A stretch of DNA of 64,000 nt from an uncultured Acidimicrobiaceae bacterium (GTDB lineage Bacteria > Actinomycetota > Acidimicrobiia > Acidimicrobiales > Ilumatobacteraceae): the NCBI GenBank assembly GCA_963825605.1, contig CAWGTY010000014.1:117924-181923 (forward strand), in the 5' to 3' direction. A model generated the notes under the pieces. That model made no database searches and had not been told where the DNA came from. It saw only the letters and a program-made list of their open reading frames with translations. The position numbers were made by a program, and so were the translations under genes. Position 1 is the stretch's first letter; each line of letters opens with the position of its first letter. Shown one piece after another: positions 30,120-39,195 of the stretch.

Positions 30120-30624
30120 CATCGGCCGGGTTTCCGACGCCAGACCCGGCCCCAGTCTGTCCGCGCCGGGCCCCCACGGCGAGGCGGCAGGAAGCACCAG
30201 CGGGGGTCCACCCTCCCGCGTCGATCATGTACAACTCCGCTGCGACGGCCACACAGTGCTTGCTTGGGTCGCCATCCGCCGCTGCCGGGCACGTGCACGA
30301 CTCAAAGCATCTCGCAGCGGCCCCGCGTTACCGAGCAGGCAGACGTCGAGACCGCTCCGATCCAAGTGCCGATCTCGCGTGCGGCCGGCGAGGCCCCGGC
30401 CACGAACGTCTTCGGGCGGTGGGTTGCGCCGGTTGTGGCCGAGACCAGGTACGACACGGGTCGTTGGGTGTCAAGGCGCTTCGACGTCGTGCGGCCCTGA
30501 ACTGCTGCGCTCTCGGTCGTCGCCACCCGCTGGCCCGAACCGGTCGTTCGTAGCGACTCCACGGTCCTGGAGCGGCACTCGGGTTGGAACCACGTCACCG
30601 AGAGCTGTCAGCCACGGTTGGACC

Positions 30625-31473
30625 TCAGTCCAACAGCACGTCGTCTCGACGGCCGGAGCGCTCGTAGTGGATGGGGAGGACCTTGCCGTACAGCTGACGG
30701 CACCGTTCAGGGGTCGCCACCATGTCGGGCTGATCGACGTAGGAGAAGATACCGACGTAGCGTGGGCGAGCTCCGGCGAGGGGAGCGACACGGTGCAGGC
30801 TGTGTCGTCCGAGGAAGATCTGTAGGTCGCCCGGCTCGAGTATCAGGGTGCGGACCCGGTCGGAGGTGCCGTCGAGTACGTGGGTGACCGCGTCGAAGTG
30901 TTCATCGTCGGCGGTGCGGATGTTCGGCGCGTACTCGAACTCGCCGCCATGCTCTGCGACTTGGATCGCGAGCGTCACGGTGTAGTCGTTGGTGTCAAAG
31001 TGCCACGGGAAGCCGGGGCCGGCCCCGGCGCTGTTGATGATCACGTCGGCGAGCGGGTCGGCGTAGCGGTGGAACGGGTCGGCTTGGAGGCAGTCGCGGA
31101 TGAACTCATCGAACCCTGGCGTGTCGTAGACACCCCGCAGCGGGCTGCCGGCGACGAAGCGGTCGGCCGCGACGAACGCGTTCGACCGGTCGTAGAACCG
31201 GCGCGCCGGATGCCCCTTCGGCAGTGCCTCGTCGTCGTGGGTGAAGTAGGCGTTGGTGCGGGTGTAGGAGCGATGGGCGTGGGGCGCGACCGCGTCGGCC
31301 TCCGCAACGAGCGCTGTGACGCCCGCCGGGGTGAGGATGTTCTCCACGACCGCGCACCCGTCAGCCGTCAGCTCGGCGCGCACCCGCGACACCAGCGCCG
31401 CGTACTCGACGCTGTCGGGCCGGTCAATCGGGATCGCGTCGGCGTCGAGGAAGGGGTTGCTGGCACGAATCAT
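30625..31473 (-). CDS. 2OG-Fe(II) oxygenase of the HalD/BesD-like family (HxD, probable hydroxylase)
   Basis: FPWHFDTNDY, GGEFEY, LEPGDLQIFLGRHSLHRV; start ATG 31473. Confidence 0.75.
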   Translation of the reverse strand: MIRASNPFLDADAIPIDRPDSVEYAALVSRVRAELTADGCAVVENILTPAGVTALVAEADAVAPHAHRSYTRTNAYFTHDDEALPKGHPARRFYDRSNAFVAADRFVAGSPLRGVYDTPGFDEFIRDCLQADPFHRYADPLADVIINSAGAGPGFPWHFDTNDYTVTLAIQVAEHGGEFEYAPNIRTADDEHFDAVTHVLDGTSDRVRTLILEPGDLQIFLGRHSLHRVAPLAGARPRYVGIFSYVDQPDMVATPERCRQLYGKVLPIHYERSGRRDDVLLD

Positions 31474-31957
31474 CGGTTTGCTCCCAACGCACCGTAGCCG
31501 TCGACTCGAACCGGTGGCTGTTGTTCCGTCCGAGCCGAAGAGTCGCTTCCGAGCGTACTCAACCTCGGTGCTGTGGACCCTTCCCCCGCTCAATCGAGGC
31601 TGCGCGACGGGGTCGCGGGCGCGCTCGTCGGTCGGTTCGCGAAGGCGGAGGCATCCTCGGTATCGCCGCTCGTACGCCACTGCCGCGGTCCGGCCGTCCA
31701 AGCCAGAGCGCGGGGACGATGTCGACGTCGCGAGGTCGAGCTCTGCGTTGGCTACCGCATCGACCACACGTGCATCGAGGGTCGCCGATGAGCCGGGCTC
31801 GAGTGTCTCGACGCCGTGACGGAACTGCGCCGGCGAAACGCAACCGGGTGGGCTGCGAGCGGGTGTCGGCCCTCAGGAGCCGGCCACGGTCCGTCGTCTC
31901 AGCGGGGACCGTGTCCGACTCCGGGGCGTGGGAACACCGACGTGGTTTGGCGGACCC

Positions 31958-32737
31958 TCACGCGATGTCGAGGCGGTGGGCGAGTGAGCGGTAGTCGTCG
32001 GCGCGGAGGACCGAGCGCGCGAGTTCGACCACGCCGGCGAACGCCTCTGCGGGTGCGCTGGAGTGCATGGCGGAGAGGAGGTCGAAGCGGTCGTCGATGT
32101 TCATCGCCGGCAGCATCAACGCGAGCGACTTGACCATGTCGTCGGCCGGGATCGACGACACGATGGCCACGTTCAACTCGACGGTTGCGTCGACCCCGAT
32201 CGCCGCTTCGAGGGCCGGCATGAGTACCCGCTCTTCGATGTCGATGTGGGTGAGGTACTCGCTGACGAATCGAGCCAGGTCGAGGTGCAGCAGGTGGACG
32301 TCTCGCCTCGCTGTCGCGTTCGATGCCTCGAACGAGACTGCCATGTCGGCGATGCGGGCGATCGTCCGGTCGAGCGCGAGGTGGTCCTGCTCGATCCGCT
32401 CGGCGAGCACGGGCAGCTCGCGTTCGAGGACCGGTTGGATGAAGGCGTCCTCGTGATGGGCGTGTCCTTCGAGCAAGGCATGCGTCGCGACGACGTGATC
32501 AACCAGTGCGCGTACGCCGTCGCGTTCGTGGGGGTCGACCGTCCCCGCCCGTTCGACGACGGCGAACAGCTCGCTTCGGATGCCCTTGTGGACGTCGCGA
32601 TACAGGTCGACGGCGACGAGGCCGAAAGTGTCGGATGCCGGCGACCACGCGGTCAGCGGGCTGGGGAGCGTCCGGGGGTCGTTCGAGCGAGTTCTGTCAA
32701 CGACGCTGGTGTCGGCGTCGGCGTGGGTCATGGTCAT
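31958..32737 (-). CDS. hemerythrin-domain protein
   Basis: DVHKGIR, HAHHED, EQDH, YLTHIDIEE His/Glu di-iron ligand pattern. Confidence 0.85.
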   Translation of the reverse strand: MTMTHADADTSVVDRTRSNDPRTLPSPLTAWSPASDTFGLVAVDLYRDVHKGIRSELFAVVERAGTVDPHERDGVRALVDHVVATHALLEGHAHHEDAFIQPVLERELPVLAERIEQDHLALDRTIARIADMAVSFEASNATARRDVHLLHLDLARFVSEYLTHIDIEERVLMPALEAAIGVDATVELNVAIVSSIPADDMVKSLALMLPAMNIDDRFDLLSAMHSSAPAEAFAGVVELARSVLRADDYRSLAHRLDIA

Positions 32738-32881
32738 GGTGGTGCCTTTCTGGTCTCGGTGGCCCGCTTGTCGGACCCCACCCCACGATGACGGCTCTCA
32801 GCGTGCGCCGTTCCTGAAAACGTCGTAGCGTTATCGGCACTTGTCCCACACCAACCGGCACGGAATCTGAAACGGGACCGC

Positions 32882-33352
32882 ATGGACGGCGATGACTACT
32901 TCGCAGCACTGTCGTGCCTGCTGGACGACGGTGTCGGGTTGCTGATCGGAACCAGCGACGCCAATGGCGTGCCGCGCGCTGGTCGGGGATGGGGCGTCCG
33001 CATGGACGACCGGTTCCTCCGAGTCGTCATCGGCGCCGACGATCCGATCCTGGTCGCCAATCTCGATGACGGACACGTGGCCGTGACCGGTGCCGACGTA
33101 CGTCGACTCCGGTCGGCGCAGCTCAAAGGGCGTGTGGTTGCGGTCGGGGAGCCCGACGACGAAGATCTCGCTGCCGCCGATGAGCACACCGCGGCGTTCT
33201 TGACAGCGATCTTGGAGACGGACGGAACCGAGTACGAGCTGACCAGCCGCATGTTGCCGCGTCGGATGCTCACGGTCGTGGTCGAGGTCGACGAGGGGTT
33301 CGATCAGACCCCGGGCCCGATGGCTGGTGCCCCGATCCCGGAGTCGAGATGA
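32882..33352 (+). CDS. stand-alone FMN-binding split-barrel (PNPOx-like) protein
   Basis: IGTSDANGVPRAGRGWG, NLDDGHVAVT, RSAQLKGRV, FDQTPGPMAG; ATGA overlap with the next gene. Confidence 0.75.
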   Translation: MDGDDYFAALSCLLDDGVGLLIGTSDANGVPRAGRGWGVRMDDRFLRVVIGADDPILVANLDDGHVAVTGADVRRLRSAQLKGRVVAVGEPDDEDLAAADEHTAAFLTAILETDGTEYELTSRMLPRRMLTVVVEVDEGFDQTPGPMAGAPIPESR

Positions 33353-34752
33353 TCGACATCGCTGGACCGGACCAGTCGAGTGAGGAGCAACTCACGCTCG
33401 CTCGCCTCCAACGCTGCTACGAGGGCGGGGTCCCCGCGGTCGTCTGCACAGTTGACGCAGAGTGTCGTCCGAACATCACCTACATCTCGCGGGTGCACCA
33501 GGTCGACGAGAACCGGGTGGCGATCTCGAACCAGTTCATGTCGAAGACGTCCCGCAACCTCGCGGTCAATCCGCTGGCCAGCCTGTTGCTCATCGACCCG
33601 GTGACCTACCAGGAGTTCCACCTGCAACTCGTCTACGAGCGCACCGAGCGTCGCGGCCCGGTGTTCGAACGGCTGCGCGACGATGTCGATCAGCTTGCCG
33701 AGGACATGGGCTTGCACGGGGTGTTCAAGCTGCGCGCTGCGGACATCTTCCGTGTCATCGGCATCGCCTCGACGCAGCCGAGTCATCGGGAACCGGAGCC
33801 ACACGACCATCCACCGACGCGCTCGCTCGACGCGCTCGCCGAGTTCGCCCTGATGATCGACCGCTCGTCCGAACTCGACACGGTCATCGACACCGCTGTC
33901 CGGGGCATCGACACCGTACTCGGCTATCACCACGTCTCGCTCCTGCTGCTCGACGAGAGCAGTTCACGGCTCTACACGATCGCGAGCCGAGGTTTCGAGG
34001 ACGCCAACATCGGTGCCGAGGTCACGCTCGGGGACGGAGCCATCGGCCGGCCACTCGCACGGTGTGCCGTGCACCGGACATCCGGGCTGCGGCAGGCTGC
34101 CAAGTACTCGCGGAGCATCCGACGCTCGTTCGAGGAGTCGGGCCTCGACGCCGGGTCGGTCCTCCCGCTCCCGGGTCTCGCAAATGTCGACAGCCGCATC
34201 GTGGTGCCGATTCGGGGCCTCGGGCAGCTGATCGGCGGGATTGTCGTCGAAGAGCAACGAGTCGCAGCGTTCACTCAGGTGGACGAACACGTTCTCACCG
34301 CAGCGGCGACGATGCTTGCCGGGGCGATCGAAGCCGCGGTCGGAACCGAACGGGACGCCCCGGCGCCAGAGCCCGAGCCACGCGGGACGACACCGCCACC
34401 CACCCCGACGGTCGACGCGATCACCATTCGACACTTCGCCGTCGATGGCAGCGTATTCGTCGAAGGCGACTACCTGATCAGGGGTGTCGCCGGCCGGATA
34501 CTCCGGGCGCTTCTCGCGACGCACCTCAGCACCGGTCGCGTCGACTTCACCAACCGGGAGCTCCGCCTCGACCCGTCGTTGGATCTCCCCGGCTTCAAGG
34601 ACAACTTGGAGAGCCGGCTCACACTCCTCCGGCGGCGACTCGACGAACGATCGGCGCCTTGCCGGATCGAGAAGACCGGCCGCGGACGTTTCCGCCTCGA
34701 CGTCCTGCACCCGATCCTCCTCGACGACGTCGACGACCGCACGACGGCGTGA
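33349..34752 (+). CDS. split-barrel + GAF + winged-helix one-component regulator
   Basis: N-terminal PNPOx-like (PAVVCT…PNITYIS…AISNQFMSKTSRNL), central GAF (LLLLD…LYTIASRG…GDGAIG…VPIRGLGQLIGGI), C-terminal wHTH-like (GVAGRIL…FTNRELRLD…NLESRLTLLRRRL…EKTGRGRFRL). Confidence 0.8.
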   Translation: MIDIAGPDQSSEEQLTLARLQRCYEGGVPAVVCTVDAECRPNITYISRVHQVDENRVAISNQFMSKTSRNLAVNPLASLLLIDPVTYQEFHLQLVYERTERRGPVFERLRDDVDQLAEDMGLHGVFKLRAADIFRVIGIASTQPSHREPEPHDHPPTRSLDALAEFALMIDRSSELDTVIDTAVRGIDTVLGYHHVSLLLLDESSSRLYTIASRGFEDANIGAEVTLGDGAIGRPLARCAVHRTSGLRQAAKYSRSIRRSFEESGLDAGSVLPLPGLANVDSRIVVPIRGLGQLIGGIVVEEQRVAAFTQVDEHVLTAAATMLAGAIEAAVGTERDAPAPEPEPRGTTPPPTPTVDAITIRHFAVDGSVFVEGDYLIRGVAGRILRALLATHLSTGRVDFTNRELRLDPSLDLPGFKDNLESRLTLLRRRLDERSAPCRIEKTGRGRFRLDVLHPILLDDVDDRTTA

Positions 34753-34960
34753 CGCCGCGTCGACTCAGCCTCGATCCACAGATTGGGATCTGGCGATCGG
34801 GTGTCGGTGGCTGGAATCGGACGATCCCGCGCTGTTTGCCGGCGTGACGCCCGGGATTCTGCGTGGTGAAGTGTGTGTTCGGGTGTGTGTGGGTGCCGGA
34901 GGCGGCCTCGATTCGCGGTCGGGTCGAGCGCCCGATGACGGGCGTTCGCCGTCCGTTCGC

Positions 34961-35362
34961 TCAGCTCGTGGAGAGCATCGCCAACGGTGCGAGCGGCACG
35001 ATGCCTTCCGCCTTCGCGGCCAGCGTCGGGTCGATCGTGATGAGTGCGTCAGCCTGGAGTTGGCACACCGCGAGATACTCGGCATCGAACGTCGTGTCCC
35101 ACCCGTTGGCGCGTGCGATCTTCCACGCGGTGCGACGTGACACGCGATCCCCGAGTAGCCGCATCTTGAGCTCTGTGAAGCGCTCGTGGTGCCGGAACGC
35201 AGCTTCTTCGGTGATGTCGCCGTTGCGCACTTCGTCGAGCAGCAGGGACAGCGCTTGGGAGCGGATGAGATTGGGAGCCACGAGTTGATGATCAGAATCG
35301 ATGTCGAGGTCGTTGGCAACGATATGGAGCAAGGTCCGAGCGTCGATCACGTACCGGGCCAC
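34961..35362 (-). CDS. PIN-domain (VapC-like) protein, orphan
   Basis: YVIDA, DAEYLAV, ITID acidic PIN residues; no small antitoxin gene upstream. Confidence 0.75.
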   Translation of the reverse strand: MARYVIDARTLLHIVANDLDIDSDHQLVAPNLIRSQALSLLLDEVRNGDITEEAAFRHHERFTELKMRLLGDRVSRRTAWKIARANGWDTTFDAEYLAVCQLQADALITIDPTLAAKAEGIVPLAPLAMLSTS

Positions 35363-35447
35363 GTGCCCACCGTACATCCGGGGTCGGCGACCTCGAGCAG
35401 CGCCGCCGATCCGGCTGGTGGCATCCTCGTCGGTTCACCGCGGCCGG

Positions 35448-35790
35448 TCAGCTCGCGGGGTCGTACTGGAACGCGCGCAGTTCCTGCGCGCATCGGCAGG
35501 CGACTGCGTTCTTCGCTGCCCATTCCAGTGCCGGCTCGCGGGAGGGCAGCTCGAGCACGTTGTAGCCACCTTCGATCTCCTTCGTCTGCGGGTACGAGCC
35601 CTCAGTCACGGTCCCGTCGCCGGCGACCAGGACGAGCGGAACGTTCTCGTCGATGCCGCCGCCGAACACCCAAACCCCGGCGTCCTTCGCCTCTTGCACG
35701 ACGGCGTGCGCCGAATCCGCGACCGCCTTGCAGATCCTCGTCGGGAACGACCATTGCACCACCGGGGAAGGAGATCAGGTATTTCGTCAT
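35448..35790 (-). pseudogene. YciI/DGPF-like protein, frameshifted
   Basis: MTKYLISF…EDLQ then AVADSAHAVVQEAKDAGVWVFGGG…EGSYPQTKEIEGGY; extra A near 35727. Confidence 0.75.
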
Positions 35791-35932
35791 CGCAACGGCT
35801 CCTCTTTCGCGCCATCGGGATCTGCCTCATCGTGGCCGATGAGCGCGCCCTACGCAGTAGACGGACCGCCCCCACGGTCGACGGTCGATCGCTCGCCTCG
35901 TGTTCGTCGGCGACCGTCGGGAGATAGGCCGG

Positions 35933-36097
35933 TCAATGATTCGAGACCGGTGGTGTGGCTGCCGTCATGCCCGGCGGCACCTGAGTGGTGACGACCCAGC
36001 GGTGCTTGCCGATCTTGCGGTCCCGGCGGAACCCGGCACGTTCGAAGGTCGAGAGCACGCCGTGGAAGAGGAAACCGGCCGGCGCAGCGTCGGCGGC
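35933..36097 (-). pseudogene. C-terminal relic of a GNAT acetyltransferase
   Basis: Start-less frame GFLFHGVLSTFERAGFRRDRKIGKHRWVVT preceded by an in-frame TGA; resembles the C-terminus of actinobacterial GNATs. Confidence 0.45.
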
Positions 36098-36103
36098 TCA
36101 CGA

Positions 36104-36700
36104 TCAGGTCGACGGGGCGGAGCTCTGGAGCGGTGGTCGCGAGAGCCGGTCGTCGCTCGGGAGGACCCGGGCGTCGATCCCGGCTGCACGGGCTGCGGCG
36201 ACGTTGACGGGCGAGTCGTCGATGAAGCACACCGCGTCGTGTTGCATTGCATCGGTCAGCGGCGCGAACGCGGCCGGGTCGGGCTTGGCGACGCCGAGTC
36301 GATCGGACACGAGCACGCGTTCGAACCGGTCCGCAATGCCGAATCGTTCTAGCCGTGGGAGCAGCCAGCACGAGCGGTGGTTGCTGAGCATCCAGAATCG
36401 CCGGTCGCCAGTGGCGACGAAGTCGAACAGGGGACCCGGCTCGAAGCCGAGCTCGAGGTCGGCCGACAGCTGGGCGGGGGGATCGCCCGGGAAGAGCGCC
36501 GCCCACATCTCGGCCTCCGAGGTGCGTCCCTCCCAGAAGTCGAGCCGCAGTGTCGTGCGCCACTGCTTCCAGACCGTGACCGGGTCGTCGCCTCGCTCGA
36601 GCGCCCGCCTGCGCACGAAGGCCGGGAACGCCCGGTTGAAGACGACACCATGGGCGTCGAGCACGACGATGTCGGCGTCACGTGGCGCCGGCGGGGTCAC
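36104..36700 (-). CDS. HAD-IA family hydrolase
   Basis: Motif I LDAHGV, motif II LSNH, KPDP, motif IV FIDD; GTGA overlap with the upstream kinase. Confidence 0.82.
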   Translation of the reverse strand: MTPPAPRDADIVVLDAHGVVFNRAFPAFVRRRALERGDDPVTVWKQWRTTLRLDFWEGRTSEAEMWAALFPGDPPAQLSADLELGFEPGPLFDFVATGDRRFWMLSNHRSCWLLPRLERFGIADRFERVLVSDRLGVAKPDPAAFAPLTDAMQHDAVCFIDDSPVNVAAARAAGIDARVLPSDDRLSRPPLQSSAPST

Positions 36701-37605
36701 GCTGCGACCTGCTCGAGTCGGGTGACGATCTCGCCGACGAGATCCTGGGTCATCGCCGTGGCTTCGGCGATGTCGATTGTCGGTACCCCACCGGCGTGCG
36801 CCTGTTGCTGGAGGTGCTGTTGGATCATCTCGATCCGGTCGAAGCCGGCCACGTGTCGCTCACCTCGACGCAGTGGTTCGTCGGCTTGGCGTCGCTCGAG
36901 ATTCCGACGGTGAGAGGAGGTCGGTGCCGTGACCAGCCGCTCGACGACGACCGGCCGTGAGGGATGGTCGGTCAGTGCTGCCGCCAGCGAGCCGGGTGTG
37001 AGGTGGACCCCCTCGGCGATCATCGAACGGTGCTCGGCGGCGAGCCGGCTGGCGACTGCTGCCATCGCGTTGGAGACGGCGTTGCACTGCCGGTCGAAAT
37101 CGGCGAACGGGTCGGGTTGGTCTGGTTCGATCAACTCGAAGGTGGAGGTGTGCAGTTCCGGCAGGACAGCGTGGGGGACGACGGTGCGCAGGACCTCTCG
37201 GATGGCGTCGGTGGTGACGAGACGCGTGATCTCGAGGCGGACCGCCAGCCGGGTCGCGAGGGTGCTCTTGCCGACGCCCGGCGCACCGGTCAGGACGATC
37301 ACCACGGGTCGGCCGCTGCGCCTTGCCGCCCGCCACGCCAACCAGCGGTCGGTGATCGGCCCGCCGCCCGGGTGGGCGCGCATGATCTCGCACGCCGTAC
37401 GAACCAAGTCATCGGCATCGTGACGTGCGGCGCCGTCGTTCTCGATCGTTTCTTGTACGAGGAGCGCCAGTCGGTACGCCTCTTCGGTCGGGATGCCCGT
37501 CGCCAACAGGCTGGACGCCATGATCCCGCGCGAGAACGGGAGCACCTCGCCCTGCCGATTGGTGATCATCAGGTTGGGGTTGTCGAAGGCGAGATCGGTG
37601 GGCAT
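36697..37605 (-). CDS. ATP-cone + P-loop kinase, 2-phosphoglycerate-kinase-like
   Basis: LPFSRGIMASSL (ATP-cone-like), GAPGVGKST, VTTDAIREVLR, ELHTSTF, IAEGVHLTP; start ATG 37605 directly after the upstream TGA. Confidence 0.75.
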   Translation of the reverse strand: MPTDLAFDNPNLMITNRQGEVLPFSRGIMASSLLATGIPTEEAYRLALLVQETIENDGAARHDADDLVRTACEIMRAHPGGGPITDRWLAWRAARRSGRPVVIVLTGAPGVGKSTLATRLAVRLEITRLVTTDAIREVLRTVVPHAVLPELHTSTFELIEPDQPDPFADFDRQCNAVSNAMAAVASRLAAEHRSMIAEGVHLTPGSLAAALTDHPSRPVVVERLVTAPTSSHRRNLERRQADEPLRRGERHVAGFDRIEMIQQHLQQQAHAGGVPTIDIAEATAMTQDLVGEIVTRLEQVAA

Positions 37606-37606
37606 G

Positions 37607-39019
37607 TCAGCTCCTGGTGAGTTGGACCGGCGTGTCCCGCAGAGTCCAGTCCGGGTACTTGTGGGGTGGTCCCTCGGCGAGCTCGGCGACCCCGTCACGG
37701 ATGTCGACGATCTTGGGAAGCGGGACATCGGGATCGCCCGGGATACCGGCGAGGCGTTCGGCGAGGTCGTCCGGGAATTCGTCGAGCAGACTGGCGACGA
37801 GGCGCTGTTCCTGGGTCGGGAGGTAACAGCGGGCGGCGTCGGTGACGCCGGCCAGCGCGCGCCGGAGGTGGGCGACCACGTCGATCTTGGTCGGCTTGCC
37901 CAGCACGAGTCCTTCGAGCAGCGCGGTGACGTCGTGGGTGCCGAGTTTGCAGGAGTTGCACTGGCCGCACGACTCGACGTGCAAGAAGCGCGACACCTGG
38001 TAGGCGACGTCGACCATGTTGCGAGAGTCGTCGTACACGATGAACCCTGCCGAACCCAGCCCGCCACCCGCACCGGCCAGCCCCTCGTACGAGACGGGGG
38101 CGCCGAGCGCTGCGGCCGGCAGGACGGGGTTGGCGACACCCGACAGCACGGCCTTGATCGACCGACCGGGACGAGGGCCGTCAGTGAGCTCGCGAATCAG
38201 CTGATCGAGGGGTGTCCCGAGCGACACCTCGGCGACGGCGGCGTGGCGCACGTCGCCGGTCATCGTGACGATCGTCGGCCCGGGCGACACGCTGGTGCCC
38301 AGTGACCGATACCACGCCGCGCCGTGGCGGCACACGAGCGCGACATGGGCCAGCGTCTCGGCGTTGTTGACGACGGCCGGATTGGAGCTCGGTATGGCTG
38401 GACCACCAGGCGAGTCGTCGACTCCTGCTGACCAGCCGAGCTGGGGACCGGTGGTGTACAACCCGTAGAGATACGGCGGGATCTGGCGGGGAAGCGGATC
38501 GTCACCCTCGATCACCTCGAGCAGCGCCGTCTCTTCACCGAACAGGTAGTGGTCGGGACCCTCCACGACCGAGACGTCGAGTCCCTCGAGCCAGCCAGTG
38601 GAGTCGAGTTCCGAGATGGCACCTCGGATCCGATCGAGCTGCTCGGTGTACGTCGCCTTCGTGGCCACGACGACCCGCCGCGCCCTGACGGCATGGGCGG
38701 CGATCAGGGCGCCCTCGATGACGGCGTACGGGTTGACCCGCAGCAGCGCCCGATCCTTGAACGTGCCCGGCTCACCCTCGGCCGCGTTGACGACGACGAA
38801 GCACTCGTCGTCGTCGCCAATCGAAGCCAGGACGCCGGCCCACTTGCGCGCCGCGGGGAACCCGGCCCCTCCTCGCCCGCGCACGCCGGCCTCGCCGATC
38901 AGTGTGATCACGTCATCGCCCGTCATCGTCCGGGCGTGTCGAAGCCCGTCGAGGCCGCCCGACTCGACGTAGTCGGAAAGCGCCAGGAGTGGCTCAGTCA
39001 AGAGAACCTCAGAACTCAC
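37607..39019 (-). CDS. stand-alone NuoF-like FMN/4Fe-4S oxidoreductase subunit
   Basis: GVRGRGGAGFP, NAAEGEPGTFKDR, YLFGEETALL, NNAETL, SLBB region, ESCGQCNSC…RCYL cluster motif. Confidence 0.88.
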   Translation of the reverse strand: MSSEVLLTEPLLALSDYVESGGLDGLRHARTMTGDDVITLIGEAGVRGRGGAGFPAARKWAGVLASIGDDDECFVVVNAAEGEPGTFKDRALLRVNPYAVIEGALIAAHAVRARRVVVATKATYTEQLDRIRGAISELDSTGWLEGLDVSVVEGPDHYLFGEETALLEVIEGDDPLPRQIPPYLYGLYTTGPQLGWSAGVDDSPGGPAIPSSNPAVVNNAETLAHVALVCRHGAAWYRSLGTSVSPGPTIVTMTGDVRHAAVAEVSLGTPLDQLIRELTDGPRPGRSIKAVLSGVANPVLPAAALGAPVSYEGLAGAGGGLGSAGFIVYDDSRNMVDVAYQVSRFLHVESCGQCNSCKLGTHDVTALLEGLVLGKPTKIDVVAHLRRALAGVTDAARCYLPTQEQRLVASLLDEFPDDLAERLAGIPGDPDVPLPKIVDIRDGVAELAEGPPHKYPDWTLRDTPVQLTRS

Positions 39020-39024
39020 ACCTC

Positions 39025-39043
39025 AATCATAATAGGCATGATT
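39025..39043. promoter_or_regulatory. AT-rich inverted repeat upstream of the NuoF-like operon
   Basis: AATCAT-N7-ATGATT within an AT-rich patch (39020-39070), 5 nt upstream of the start codon; regulator unknown. Confidence 0.5.
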
Positions 39044-39195
39044 CAAAACCGCTATCACAGATATGAGATCAGGTGGACGCTGACCTGTGTCCGGTCCGTA
39101 CATGCCGGTCGTCTCCGAGGAGACGCGAGCATCGCGCGCCTCGACGGTCACGAGCGGCGCTGACCCGCAGCACGGTCCGCGACGGTCGGATCGGT

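Noticed and set aside
30120-30624. Protein-coding gene between the response regulator and the oxygenase
   Set aside because: The ORFs here (e.g. 29848..30825, 30302..30598) lack motifs, RBS and typical codon pattern.
30625-31473. Radical halogenase
   Set aside because: Retains the HxD carboxylate (WHFD); halogenases need HxG/A to leave room for the halide.
36697-37605. Cyclic 2,3-diphosphoglycerate biosynthesis locus
   Set aside because: No cDPG synthetase-like ORF in the window; it cannot be excluded elsewhere in the genome.
37607-39019. Part of respiratory complex I (nuoF)
   Set aside because: No other nuo genes are adjacent and the gene is coupled to a kinase and a HAD instead, so the symbol was withheld.
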